From positions 29,202,001 through 29,266,000 of the forward strand of contig NC_082727.1 of assembly GCF_030144855.1 (NCBI RefSeq): a DNA stretch of 64,000 bases, read 5' to 3'. Positions within the stretch are counted from its first letter, which is position 1, and every line of letters starts with the position of its first letter. Of this stretch, positions 37,461 through 50,659 are shown in pieces. A program made the translations under genes and the position numbers. The notes below the pieces were generated by a model. That model did no database searches, was not told where the DNA came from, and saw only the letters and a program-made list of their open reading frames with translations. The stretch comes from Hypanus sabinus (Eukaryota).

Positions 37461-37978
37461 GGTAGTATTGTCAGAGAGTTGTATGGAAGACTTGAGGCTG
37501 AAGGAGTCAGTTACGGTTGGGTGAACCAAATCCATGTATGGAAATGTAGAACAATTTTAAGTGAATTCTCTGGAGCACAAAACCACTGAGGCTTAAAGAG
37601 ATGAAGTATAATTAAAGTGAGAGACATTTGTGCTGATGCTGACTCTGTCTCGGACATTTGGTTGAAAACTGTGTTAATCTTCAGTCATTGATGGTGATTG
37701 GCAAGGGCTTTATTGAGATCACTAAACTCAATTCCCTCAAAATAATTATTTTGAGATTGCAACAGCTGTGGCTGGCATTACTAGAGTCTTGAGTTGGATG
37801 TCCAGGTTACGGTTATGGCAAATCATAAAGAATTCTAAAATAAACTTAACCAATCAACCAAACTGTGATGTGGATCAAGATAGAATGTGAACTGATATTG
37901 CAGGTATTAACCATACTGACTTGTCAGCCTTGTTCCATGGCAGGTTTACCAAACTAGTACCTTGTCAGATTGATACAC

Positions 37979-38131
37979 GGCTTGTCTTTAATTCAGGTGC
38001 TTTTTTTTTGCTAAATTCTCTTCCTGTGTAGTACATTGTTATTGTATGCTTAATTTTGCACTGTTTGAATGGTCCTCATTGGGATTTGGGGTTTTTAATT
38101 TGGAAAATGTTTTGAAAAACTAATAAAAAAA
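37979..38131 (+). mobile_element. Short polyadenylated retro-insertion with 12-bp TSD (L1/Tx1 3' end or retrocopied mRNA tail)
   Basis: AGATTGATACAC at 37967-37978 and 38132-38143. AATAAA at 38122 runs into the A tail. Confidence 0.75.
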
Positions 38132-39077
38132 AGATTGATACACAGAGACAATCCTTGTTATGCTATTCACCCAGTACTTGCTTAAATAACTAATTATTCT
38201 TCCTCTTACAGTTATTAACATTGCAGTATTTTCTCATAGCATTGCATAAACTTTTGTTTTCCTGCAAAGGATGAACAAGTCATTGGTTTCTGGAGCAGAG
38301 GGTGCAGGAAGTGGATAAAATGCAGGATGACTTTGTGCTCCTGTTCTTCCCCCACCCCACTTTACCCCTGCCATTCATCACAGCTAATTCGGTCTCCTGC
38401 ATTCACTGTCTGCTACCCACAGGCCATGACGGGCCCTTAACCAGTTCACTCCTCAGCCACTTCCCATGTTTTAGACAGACCAGAAGCAGCACACATTGTC
38501 TCTCTAGTCCATTTCCTCGCTGTTGTGACTCTGCACGTTCTCCCCACCCCATTCCAGCTGCCTTCTATCCAGTTTAAAAAAACATACCTCATGGAACCAT
38601 AACCAAAGTTCCAGTCAAAGTCTGTATATCTTGTACCCTGCCTCACCACCTGATACACCAAAGACTTTTTTGATACCATTTACTAGGCATAAATTAGGAA
38701 TGTGATAGAATACTCTCAATGTGTTTTGGATTGAATAATATCATAGGAGCATTGTAATTTCTCTTTCTGAAGCACTGTGGGCAGTGTATAAAGATATAGA
38801 TCGCAATAAATAGGACCTAATGCTCACTTTGCACATAAAACACATGATAGGATGCACCATTGATTATATCTAAGTTTATTGGTAACCATTGGGAAGTTGC
38901 TTTGGTAGTTTTTTGGATATGATTCACTTTTGTGTATCTGAAACTTGTCTTGTATCAGAGCACATTTAATGGTGTTGTCTGGTGCTCAACACCTACCATT
39001 ACATTTATTGGTATACTGTACAAAACCTGCAAACTCATCGACAAGGTGGCAAAAGGAAGTAAATTAAAGGACCAATC

Positions 39078-39278
39078 TATACAAAATGCTGCAGGAACTC
39101 AGCAGATCGGGCTGCATCTGTGGAGAGGGATTAGCAGTCAACCCTTCATCAGGACTCATCTCAGCCTGGAAAGCCGACTGCTTATACTCTCAATAGATCC
39201 TGCCTGACCTGCTGAGTTCCTGCAGCACTGTGAGTGTGCTGCTCTGGATTTTCAGCAGCTGCAGAATCACTTGTGTTT
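39078..39278. mobile_element. Inverted Penelope-like pseudo-LTR pair
   Basis: Strand switch at ttcatcaggact|catctcagcc (about 39156). Confidence 0.8.
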
Positions 39279-39487
39279 ACAATTTATAAGATGTCCATTG
39301 GGACACTGAAGCTTTGTCAACAGTCTTCCTCAGACACTTTTTCTGTTCTTCAGTTTGAACCATAACCAACAGTATCAATGTTCATAGTTCCTCTATGTTA
39401 TGCCCTTGCAATACAGTAGCTATATAGAAATATATAATCACTGGAGAGGGGAACAATAAAGATAATATTTTATTGTAATTCAGCATC

Positions 39488-39960
39488 TGATTGATTGGTT
39501 GTCCATTGCATCCGGCGATGACAGAAAGCCTGTGAGAGAGAGGTTTTAAAGTGGACAATCTTGCATTAGGACAGTTCCAGTTGTACAAGTAGTCATCACT
39601 ACTGGGGTCTTCCTTGGTTGCAGTGGATGACCATGGCTTCTTCTGTGCCTTGTCAAGCCCTTCACTCTCCAGGAAGTGTGGCAGAACTACCTTCCTGGTC
39701 ATTGAATCTCACGGTTGGTCTTATCTGCCCACTCCGCTGGAGCTGACTTTGCATGTTAGGATAGGTATGACCCTCTCTCACCGGGGTATAAGGCCTACTA
39801 GCTACCTTCACCTGGTTTAGCTCACCTGTCCAAGCATTGTATGAGGTGTGACCACTGTCTTACGAAGAGCTATTTGGAACCACAGTTGAGAGCTGAGTGT
39901 CTGGTGGGGACCAGAGGTGTGTAAGCTGCCCAAGAATGGACATAATGAACTCCCTCCCTG
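39488..39960 (-). mobile_element. Family B retroposon copy
   Basis: Reverse complement of 10387-10878. Confidence 0.75.
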
Positions 39961-41163
39961 GACAGACAATTCACCCCAATTCAGCATGTTAAGCACTCTC
40001 TTTGATATTAAATTTTCCAAAATTTCCTGATTTTTTTTATATAAAGAAAGAAATCATGGATCACTCTGGTAAGTGTAAAGCAATGCTTATTTAGCTCACC
40101 AAACAATTTTTTAGCCAAATTTCTTTATGGCTGGTCTAAGAAAGAGATTCAGGTCCTCCCCAAGTTATGGCAGGTTATAGTTCATAAGTTGGAAATGGAG
40201 ATGCAACCCAAATTCCTAGGTGACAGAAGATGCCCACAGCAGGCAGCAAATGTGGTCTTCCAAACACTCCTTGGCATGTACGGGCTGTATGCAAGTCAAG
40301 CTTCTGTAAGCTGGTGAGGACTTGTGTTTCCAAGGGTAGGGCAATGACTAGGTAGACCAGGAGTAAAAAGTCATCACTGCTCTGTAATATGAAGCGAATG
40401 TAGTATTATTTACATAATTATGCAAGCTGATCCCCACACACAAGTTCCCAGAGGACCACATGAAGAAATGGAATCTGTAAATTCACTGATGAACCTGAAA
40501 GAAAGAGCAACTAATAGTTGCCAAGTGCAGATGTTACTGATTAACTTCCATACATCTGGTGAGGATGGACTTCAGTCAAATGCAAAGTTGTCAGCATGTT
40601 TATTTTTAAAGCAGTCCATGATAAATTAATGTTTTATTCAGTGATTACTCATTTAACACCACATGATCTCCCAGGTTATTGGTTGTGGTGAGTCAAAGGA
40701 TACAACTAGAACTAAATGTGAAACCAACAGAAAAATCATGTATTCAAGACTTCAGGTTTTATTTAGTTCCTTATTTTATTCTCAACTTTATTTATATGAT
40801 TCCTTATTCTTTATATCTGTTGAATGTTACTGCATTTTTTTCATATCGCGCCCTGCCCAACACACAACAGTAAATTCCTAATACAAGTCAATGTATATGG
40901 CAAATAAAGTTAATTCTTCATCCTTATAGCATATCATGGGTTTGTGATTGGAAAATATTTGACTGAGACTTTTGATGGTGTGTTTGCTACAGAAGGTGAA
41001 GTTGTGAACATCTGCACCACAGACATTTGCTGTATTAAATGTGATCTTCTGTAAAGGCTCTGCTGTGGCATTATTTCATCTCATAGTTGGATCTTATCCA
41101 CTGAGGAAATTTTTCAGGACAATGATGTTACGGTTTTCATTTTCTCACAAAAAATTGTGTTGT

Positions 41164-41379
41164 TGTGGTGAACTACATATACTGTCTGGACACGCCCCCT
41201 GCTGACTGCTCCTGTGGCTCCTCCCACAGACCCCGGTATAAAGGCGATTGAGGCCTGAACCCGGCCTCTCTGTCTCCAGGATGTAGTATGGTGGTCAACC
41301 ACTGCTTGTTCTTTCTTCCAGTCAATAAAAGCCGATATCTCGCCTTCATGTCTCAAAGAGAGTTATTGATGGTGCATCA
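41164..41379 (+). mobile_element. Solo LTR (216 bp) with 5-bp TSD
   Basis: TG...CA termini, GTTGT at 41159-41163 and 41380-41384, TATAAA at 41237 and AATAAA at 41324. Confidence 0.9.
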
Positions 41380-41696
41380 GTTGTATGATGAAACTGCGGA
41401 AGAGAAAATAATACTTGGATTAATAATTACTCAATGATTTCAATATTAATTAAAAGAGGTCGTCTAGGACATTTCACATGAGCCCTTGATTACAACATAA
41501 CATTTCCTTTTGGTCATACATCTACTTTTAGTTATGTTGCATCTATTGTATCCATGACTCACCATGAGCAATGCCACTGGAGCTCACACAGCACTAAGCA
41601 CTGTGGATGAGCGTTTCTGTAATATGAATCTCTGAAACATGGATTAAGCCATAGACTGCTTTGAAAATAAACTTGGTCGCATACCATTATGGTTCA

Positions 41697-41889
41697 AACC
41701 TTGTGGTGCATCAGGCGGCAACCTTGCCGTTTCTTTAGCACTTTGTGTTCTTTACGAGGCCGAGTTGCTAGCTCGACACTCGACCCTCAACACAGCATGT
41801 ATGGGAAGTGTGCAGGGAGTCAGCTGGATTCGAACCCAGGACCACATGCCTCGAAGTCCAGTACGGGTGCCACTTCACCAAGAGCCGGC
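41697..41889 (-). mobile_element. tRNA-derived SINE
   Basis: Minus strand begins gccggctctTGGTGAAGTGG...GGTTCGAATCC (A and B boxes), followed by a non-tRNA body. Confidence 0.8.
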
Positions 41890-41954
41890 ATTCTTAATTG
41901 ACAGAAACCCAATTAAAGCAAACCTTCATTGGAGAACTTGATATGACATCAGTT

Positions 41955-42932
41955 GAGATGCTGGAGGATTGGTGATAAATATAGTTCTGTTGTTTAAGAA
42001 AGGCTCTAAAAATAAGCCAGGAAATTAAAGGCCGGTGAGTCTGACATCACTAGTGGGAAAGTTATTGGAAGGTATTCTAAGGGACTGGATACATAAGTAT
42101 TTGGATAGTCGGGGACTGATTAGGGATTGTCAGCATGCCTTTGGGCATGGTAAGTTGCGTCTAATGAATCTTAGAGTGTTTTTTGAGGATGTTACCAGGA
42201 AACTTGATGAAGTCAAGGCAGTGGATGTTGTCTACATGGCTTTAGCAAGATCTTTGATAAGGTCCCACGTGGGAGGTTGGTCAAGAAGGTTGGCATTCAA
42301 GATGAGGTGTGAATTAACTTAGACATTGGCTTTATGGAAGAAGCCAGAGAATGGTTGTTGATGGCTGCCTCTCTGATTGGAGGCCTGTGACTAGTTGTGT
42401 GCCATAGGGATCAGTGCTCAGTCTGATGTTGTTTGTCACTTATATCAATAATCTGGATGACAATGTGGTAAACTTTATCAACAAATTTGCAGATGACACC
42501 AAGATTGGGGTGTAGCGATGAAGACTATCAAAGCTTGCAGTAGAGTGTGGACCAGCTGGAAAATGGCAAATGGAATTTAATGCAGACAAGCGTGAGGTGT
42601 TGCATTTTGGGAGGACCAACCAGGGTAGGTTGTTCATAGTGAACGGTAAGCCATTGAGGAGTGTGGTAGAACAAAGGGACTTGGCAATACAACTCCATAA
42701 TTCATTTAAACAGGTGGCACAGGAAGACAGGGTGGTAGAGAAAGCTTTTGACACATTGTCCTTCATGGACAAATGTATTGGGTACAGGAGATGGCATGTT
42801 ATGTTGAAATTGTGTAAGACATTAATGAGGCCTAATTTGGAGTATTGTGTGCAGTTTTAGTCACCTGCCTGCAGGAAAGATGTAAATAAGATTGAAAGAG
42901 TACAGAGAAAATTACAGGGATGTTGCTGGGGT
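41955..42932 (+). mobile_element. CR1 ORF2 RT fragment
   Basis: RPVSLTSLVGKLLE, QHAF, KFADDTK, MEFNADK.EVLHFG and RPNLEYCVQF. Confidence 0.92.
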
Positions 42933-43479
42933 ACTTGATATTAAAGCAGACTCTGATTCTTGGCAGCTTTGAGAAGATTTTTCAAAATTTGTTCTCAAGG
43001 TATAGACAACTGTCGACTTTAATACCTAACTTCCTGCCTTGTCCCCGATGTGAATGTCCAAATCCATTTCAAAAGCATAGTTAGGTTATGGGTCACATTT
43101 TTTCATACTAGAAAATGGCAGAATAGTAAACATGCTACACTTATAAGACAATCGATTAGCTTGATTGGTACCATCACAGATGCCAGTCGTTAATTCCAGG
43201 ATTTATTTAATTTCTTGGAAGTAAGTTCTCCTGCCACCAGTATGGGATTTGAGTTCATGTCTTGTAGGATCAATTGTTCTTCTCTCTGAATGTAGATCCA
43301 ATGATTTAGCCAATCTCCAAAGTGATAACTGAACATTAGCAAAGTCTAAGTAAAGACCAGATTTCAACTATTTTTCAGTGTTATAAAATTGAACTATTTT
43401 CCCTCATAGCTAAACATGATTACAACCACATCTGAATTGTTTCTTGTTTCTCAGAAAACTTGACCTCCTGTCAAAAATT

Positions 43480-43650
43480 ATCCATTGAATCATAAAGCAC
43501 TTCAGCCCACCTAGTCCATGCTGAACTGTTATTTTGCCTAGTCCCATCAAACTGTACCTCCATACCCCTCGTATCCCTGTACTTATCCAACTTTCTCTTA
43601 AGTATTGAAATTGATCCGCATGCACCATTTCTGCCTTGTGATCCATTGCA
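43480..43650 (-). mobile_element. CR1 3' tail
   Basis: Minus strand ISILKRKLDKY plus 3' UTR. Confidence 0.65.
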
Positions 43651-44171
43651 TTTTTTATTTAAGAGCCGCATGGCCTGACATTCTCTGCAAAATGCTCCTA
43701 CACTACCAATCTAAATAATTACTGAACTCCATTTTCCCTTCACCCATCAGCAGACCATATTTCATAATTGCTCTTTTAGTTTCCTACGATATCTTGAAAA
43801 TTCAATGAGCATGCATAGAACAGTAATACATGGGAACAGGCCTTTCGGCCCCTAAGTCTTCACTTGCAAGTCACCTCTTAACTGTCTAAATTTCAGGAAT
43901 GACTTTTGTGTGCTCCTTTCATCCTTGTGTTACATGTCAATTCTAAGAGTAACACTTTTTGATTGGATTGTTACTCAAAAGACCATCTCTACAAATGAGA
44001 AGAGTATTTGTGTATAAATATATGTATGGTTGGTGATGCATCTTTCAGAAACACTCTGGTCACCAACGACAGTTTTGCATTTATTAGCTATAATGTGGTA
44101 ACATACTTTTTCTGCAGTCGTTCTTACTGGCTCAGCCAGTTGGGTTGTTCAAGTTATGGGTTAGTAGTGTT

Positions 44172-44395
44172 ATTTTTATTTATTTAGAGATACCGCACCG
44201 TAACAGGGCCAATGAGACCATGCTGCACAATTACACCCATGTGGCCGATTAACGTACTAACTCGTACATCTTTGGAATGTAGGAGGAAACCAGAACACCT
44301 GGAGGAAAATAATGTGGTTACGGGAAGAATGTACAATCTCCTTACAGATTACAGTGAAACTGAACCCAGGTTGCTAGTGCTGTAACAGTGTTATA
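44172..44395 (-). mobile_element. V-SINE (HE1-like)
   Basis: tctttggaatgtaggaggaaaccagaacacctggaggaaa is the reverse complement of the V-domain. Confidence 0.8.
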
Positions 44396-44904
44396 CTTGC
44401 TTCTTAATTGTCTGTTCCTTCCCAAATTAAAATTTATTTGAATAAATCCACATTGATCAGCTTTTGGTTACTTAGGATGGGAAATTCTTTGCAACTAATC
44501 CCTGAGATATAATGTGATAAAGTGTGTAGTTAGCATTCTGACAGAACTGTTCTATTACAATCCAATTGAATATAAATGGAAAACAGCAACCTCTGAAGCG
44601 AGTGACTGTACTTTAAATGTTTCAGGAAATGACAATAAATGGGATAGCCAATGTGCTTGGGTGGTTCTTGTTTCTGTGGAACAGAAAATGCTAATTCTAA
44701 TCCAATAATCCAATAAACCAATTAACCTTTGGTACATCCAACAGATGCTTTTGGTCCATATACTGTGCAAGAGATCATTCATCTGCTTTGAACAAAAAAT
44801 TAGAGTGTTTGCTTGACAATTAGAACTTTGTGGACAAACAGTGACATAATGATCTGAAGGAAAGAAGCTACTGGATGGGCATTTTAAAAAGGCACAATAA
44901 GGGA

Positions 44905-44995
44905 TACATACAAAATGCTGGAGGAACTCAGCAGGCCAGGCAGCATCTATGGAAAAGAGTAAACAGTCAATATTTCGGGCCAAGACCCTTCATTA
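44905..44995 (-). mobile_element. Penelope-like pseudo-LTR fragment truncated inside the hammerhead
   Basis: caaaatgctggaggaactcagcaggccaggcagcatctatgg...tttcgggccaagacccttcat. Confidence 0.8.
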
Positions 44996-45324
44996 TAAGG
45001 GACGTTGGTTTTAACTTGAAGCTGAAGTGCAAAGGGAAGATATTATGTCACAGTTGTAGAAACACTCCATTTGGACGGCTGCATTACATCTCTAGAAGAA
45101 TCAATTGAATTCAGATTGAGGTGTACTTCAAATTCTCTGAGTGATGTCAGGAATAACCAGGTTATATTTTGATGGCAGGTTATGTATCTTTAGCTTGTAC
45201 CCACTTGAGTATGGAAAATTAGGGATGGTGTGATTCAGGTGTCTGCAATATTTAAGTAGGATAGATGGCAATTAATTATTCCTTCTAATAAAGTTAAAAT
45301 TAAGTGTAAAATTAAAACAAATGA

Positions 45325-45438
45325 GTCATAATAAAGGGTCTTGGCTCAAGCTGTCAACTGTTTATTTCCTTCCATAGATACTGACTGACCTGCTGAGTTC
45401 CTCTGCATTTCCACCATCAGCAGAATCTCTTGTGTTTA
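45325..45438 (+). mobile_element. Penelope-like pseudo-LTR fragment
   Basis: aagggtcttggctc...ctgacctgctgagttcctc...cagaatctcttgtgttt. Confidence 0.75.
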
Positions 45439-45818
45439 AAACAAATGTGAGGTGAACTCAGGAAATATTTCAAAGGGATACCAAATTTCAAGACTGATAT
45501 CATGAGCATTTTATTAATTGAGAGTATGATAGCTTAAGGAATCAAGGCAATGTATGAAGAAAGAGTGGCTCTGAATGAACTGGATGGTGGAGGAGCTTGA
45601 AAGACTGAGTGTCCGCCTCTTCTGAGGTTTTGATTCTGTTCTCCCACAGTCTCATTGGCACATTTGGAAAATGTGATTAAGAAATTAATTTTCTCTGCTA
45701 AGTTTCTGAAGTTGGTATTCATCTTCATATTATATTAACTTATCTCACTTACCTGGCAGCAATCTAATTACTAATCTCAACAAAAAATTGCTGCACCTAG
45801 AACATTTAATGAAATATA

Positions 45819-46367
45819 CACTCAGTGGCCACTTCATTAAGTACACATGTACACCTGCTCATTCATGCAAATATCTGATCAGCCAATCAAGTGGCAGCAA
45901 CTCAATGCATAGAAGCACATAGACATGGTCAAGAAGTTCAGTTGTTGTTCAGACCAAACATCGGGGAGGAAATGTGGTCTAAGTGACTTGGACTATGGAA
46001 TGATTGTTGGCGCCAGATGAAGTGGTTTGAGTATCTCAGAAACTGCTGACTTCTTGGGATTTTCACGCACAGCAGTCTTTGGAATTTACAGAGAATGGTG
46101 CGAGAAACTTAAAAAAAAACACATCCAGTGAGCAGCACTTCTGTGGGTGAAAATGCCTTGTTAATGAGAGATGTCAGTGGAGAATGGCCAGACCAGTTCA
46201 AACTGATAGGAAGGCGACAGAACCTCAGGTAAGCGCTTGTTATAACAGCGGTGTGCATAAGAGAATCTTTGAATGCACAACCCATTGAAACTTGAAGTGG
46301 ATGGGCTACAACAGCAGAAGGCCACACTGGGTTCTGAAGGCATACCTAATAAAGTGGCCATTGAGTG
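45819..46367 (+). mobile_element. Non-autonomous Tc1-like element (549 bp)
   Basis: TIR CACTCAGTGGCCACTTCATTA and TAATAAAGTGGCCATTGAGTG, with TA on both sides. HTH remnant GMIVGAR*SGLSISETADFLGFSRT. Confidence 0.92.
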
Positions 46368-48794
46368 TAGGTGGAGGTATTGTTTTGACTATAACTTATT
46401 TATCCCATAACTAATTCTTGTTAAGTTGAAGTGAAATTCTTGATCACGTAGTGATGAAAGTAGGCCCCCCGTGCAACCGGGGAGAGGAAAGTTAGATGAG
46501 GTGGTAGTACAAGGAACAGAAGTCTGAGGTCAGAACTGAAACCACTGGAATGAAGCAGGAGGAATTTGCCTGGCTGCAGAAGAGCAGCAAACAAAAAATC
46601 ATGATGTCAGTGGACGCTCTGAAATTTTCAGTGTTTGTAATATACCAACTGAAATTTCATCAGAGCAGGAGAAATTTGGAGGTGTAAAGAAGTTTTAAGC
46701 TGCAGAAGAATGAATAGGAAAGGTCTGTGTTGAGAGAATGTCAAAACTGATGCTGAGGCCAGATGGAAAGTGATGGTAAAGGCAATTGAACAATAAATGA
46801 TTATCTCGGGAAGCTGCTGGAAAAGAGAAGAGTAAAATGAAAAATTAGCAGAATTCCATTCCTTCAGATCATCAGTCATTATAGTGCCATATTCCAGATA
46901 TCTTGTGTTATTTTTAACTTTCTCCTTTCCACAGTCTGAAACATTTATTCCTGAATTAGTATATTGAAGTTGAGCCCTTTTTCAAGCTGTGGATCAAAAG
47001 AAATCCAGTGAAATTGTGTAATTAAAATATGTGCTTCTTTGGTGCCAAAAATATTAATATCCATAATCAAGCAGCTTTAGATATTGTAAGAATTATTACA
47101 TGCAAATTGACAGTTGTGCTGAATAGTATTTTGTCTTGATGTTCTTTTATTTGCCAATGTACCTGGAGTTTTTTTTTGTAGCCTGGACATAGTATTCTAA
47201 CACTGTGAATGCTCCTGGTCCATTGAACTGAAAGGTGATGCAATGGGCATCCAGTTTGTTTTGCAATGACCCTAATTGAAGTTGATTGTTAAATCTCAAA
47301 CACCTTAGCACAGTGGGTTGGATTTTGCTGGAGCCAGCCTGCTGGCCAAGGTCTCCACTCACCTTTTTCAAATATGAAGAGGTGACCATGCTGCCTCTCT
47401 GCTCCTTTGAGGGAAGGTGTTAGATCATGGTTGACATAGTGCTGAGTTCCTGCTCCCAGAAGGACCTTGGCAAGTTTTGAGAGAGGGTAGTGTTGGGGTG
47501 GGTGGTGCAAGGTAATTAGTATTGTCTGTTGTAACAGAATTTAACAGGCTTTAAATATCTCTGACTTTTAACTCAAAATTATCCAGCTGCTCCCATTCTC
47601 CAACATTTTTTTTTACAAAACAAGCCAAATTGAAGAGACATACACTCCTAAGAGGGAGGTGGTATTTTTATCACAAGCATTTAAAAGCCTTTGTTTTCCT
47701 GGGATTGTGTGAAATATGAGCTCTTGAGGCAGGCCTGTTGTCAGCTCAGCCAAAATGAGATACGCTTGTAAAAAGACATGAAAATACAGAACTGGGAAGG
47801 ACTGCTATCACTTAATTGTATGTTCTTTCAGTTATCTAAGTTGTTTGTCAAATATTTTGAGACTGCCTGGCTCCTTGAGCAGCCCATTCACATATGTCCA
47901 ATCCTGCACTGACTTCTCAAATGAGTTTTAAAAATACATTGGGTAGCCATGAACACAAGAGATTCTGTTCGTAAGCTCTATGAACCAAAAGGTATGTTAA
48001 CGTGTTCCTCTCAGCTGTGGCATTCAGAACTTGATATCAGCTATGCACTGTTAGATTTGCAAGGGCTTGCTGTGTCAGAAATATTTTCTGACCTAACTTG
48101 GATTGTCCTAATTGCAAGCATATCACATTGGATGCATGGGAGAGGTGCCAGGCCAGTGTAAAGGAAATGATCGATTACATCCACATTGTTATTTTGACTC
48201 TTCTTTCAAATTTGGATATTTTCACTAATTTTCAGCTAACGGGGGTGCAGTGGTGTTAAAATTGTTACATGTACCAAACCAATGAGAGCTTGCACAGATG
48301 AAAGAAAGTAATCATAAAATTCCCTTCAGAAAAAGATAATGGATCTGTGAAAATATTAAGCATTGTGTATATTTTTCAAGTATTTTCATCGTAATTCAGC
48401 ATTTGTGTTCTCCATGTTGACTGTATTTTGTTTGCAAACTCACGATCAGGCAGTACTTTCCTGAACCTGCCTGGTTCCAAGCCAGTTATGTTTGGATTTG
48501 GTCATTTGATAGTGTTCTTGATGAACTGGTGATGAAAGAGAAGCTGAGTAGTTTACATTTTAGGAAGTACCATCAGGGCTGGATTGTTCCTCTGAACTGG
48601 AAAATATGCGTATTGCTTTACATCACATCCCACAGCAGACAGCGGTTAAACTGAAAAATATTACAGTTTACCTTCAGTTCACTCCACCGTTCTTTTGGAC
48701 AATAATGCAAGTATTCGCTGTCAGAATATCACTTATCCTTCCTTGGCTGAAGCCTCTGTGGCAAATAATGATGTAGCTTTTCTTATATGACAAG

Positions 48795-48982
48795 AAGGTT
48801 TAAAATGAGAAATTTCTTCAGCCAGAGGGGGTGAATCTGTGGTACTCATTGCTGTGGAGGTCAAGTCATTGGATGTATTTAAAGCGGAGGCTGATAGGTT
48901 CTTGATTAGTAAGGGTGCCACGATGGAATGGTGGAGTTGAAGAACTAAGTGGTCTAATTCTTCTCCTATGTCTTGTTGTCTT
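48795..48982 (+). mobile_element. CR1 3' fragment
   Basis: ttcttcagccagagggggtgaatctgtgg...tttaaagcggag. Confidence 0.75.
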
Positions 48983-49904
48983 AATCACTCAGTTTACACA
49001 GTTAAGGTGAGACAATGCATGCACACTGTAGATACAAGACATTCATAGGATATTCAGCCCAAGAGGAAATTGACAGTATTTATGCCCCACACAAGACACT
49101 TCCTGTTTACTTTAAGGAACTCTGTCAAAATATTCTTACATTCTTTCCTACCTCATGTTGAGCTTTCCTTTAAATGCATCTTTCTTATTCACTTCAACCA
49201 CTCCGTGAAGTAATGAATTCCCCACTTTCATCAAGTCTGTCAACGTGAAATTCAGAAAGGGAATTCCAGTCTCTACTTTTAGTGGCTGTCTGACAAGGGA
49301 TTCGGTCCCTTCTAAGTGGAAAATGATTTGCTTGTGGTGGACGCAGCCTTAGCACTCCCATTATAAATGACCATAGCAGGATCTAATGATGGTTTTAAGA
49401 ATAATCTAACATGCTATTGAAGAACAAAAAAAAACTGTATAAAATGATTTTTCAGAATTATGAAACATACTCTTCATAATTAACTGAGCTTCTAAACACT
49501 CAGTAACTTTGAGATACAGTGATGAAACAAGGAAAGCTTTGAATTTGATCATCAATACGTGTACCACAAGAAACAGGATGGTCCCAGATATAACTACCAG
49601 CTAGTGGTCAGTTTTTTCATCTTATCAAGGCCACTAAGGTCACTGCAATTATCTGAGCTATAGTTAGGTTAAGAAGGAAACTTGCCAAGATTCTGTTTCT
49701 TGGTTTGTCCACCACCGACTCTGACATCAATGGAAAATGTGAACAGGCTAGTTCATCCACAAATATCCTCAATGAAGGATTGCATTCGGAAAGTGGCCAC
49801 TGCTTTCGAGAGAGAGAGGAACCATATATTTGTGTTGACAGCCACTGCATTGTGGAATGGGGAGGAATGATAAAGTATTACCATGAGAATTTCAAGATGT
49901 GACC

Positions 49905-50230
49905 AAATTCAAATTCCGATTCACTTATTTACCACATTTACACTAAACCATACAGTGAAATTCTGCCATTTGCATTAACAATCAACACATCTAAGGATGT
50001 ACTGGGGGCAGACTGCAAGTGTTGCCACACATTCTGGCCCTCTGAACACAGCAAGCAACAACAAAATAAGTCCCCTATATCCCTCCAAGCCACCTCCCAC
50101 CTCCACGCATGTACGCAGTCCTCCCACCCCAGGACAGACTGTCCCTGACCTCCAGCCCCCAGTAGACTCGTGGATTTGCAGGCGTTCGAGTTTGCCAGTG
50201 GATTCTGGGTTCCGGCCACTGGGTCTCAAC
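49905..50230 (-). mobile_element. Repeat family A copy
   Basis: Homologous to the 15040 and 4800 copies. Confidence 0.75.
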
Positions 50231-50659
50231 TTTCGGTCGATCTTCTGCCTCCTAATGGATAATAGAGAGTTTGATCGGTTAAGTAGTGATAACTTTTTTT
50301 TTCCCCATTTACTCTTATCCATTTTCATTGTAGCAGCTGAAAGATGTAGCTGCCATTCTTTTTTCAAATGGCTGCACAATTGCAATTGTTCTGTTTCCAG
50401 CCAACTTCCTTACCCTCTCGACACGCACCCTTTCCCATTGCTTTCTGCCCATTTTGAATTGGAGTACCTGAAGTTTCCTCGCTTCCAGGAGGGGCTGTGT
50501 TCAGCTTTGAACTGTGCATTCCCTGTTGATTCATCTTCCAGCCTGAAAACCAGAATCGGACTGGAAGCCACTTGGATTTCTGTTTTGAGGGGCAGTGAAA
50601 AGCCACAGCAAGGGTTTTTTTTTTCTAAACGGGTAGCAAATTCAGACATTGGATGTTCA

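Noticed and set aside
45747-45759. U1 snRNA gene or pseudogene (ACTTACCTGGCAG)
   Set aside because: Only 13 nt match and the similarity does not continue. Chance or an isolated minus-strand donor-like site is more likely.
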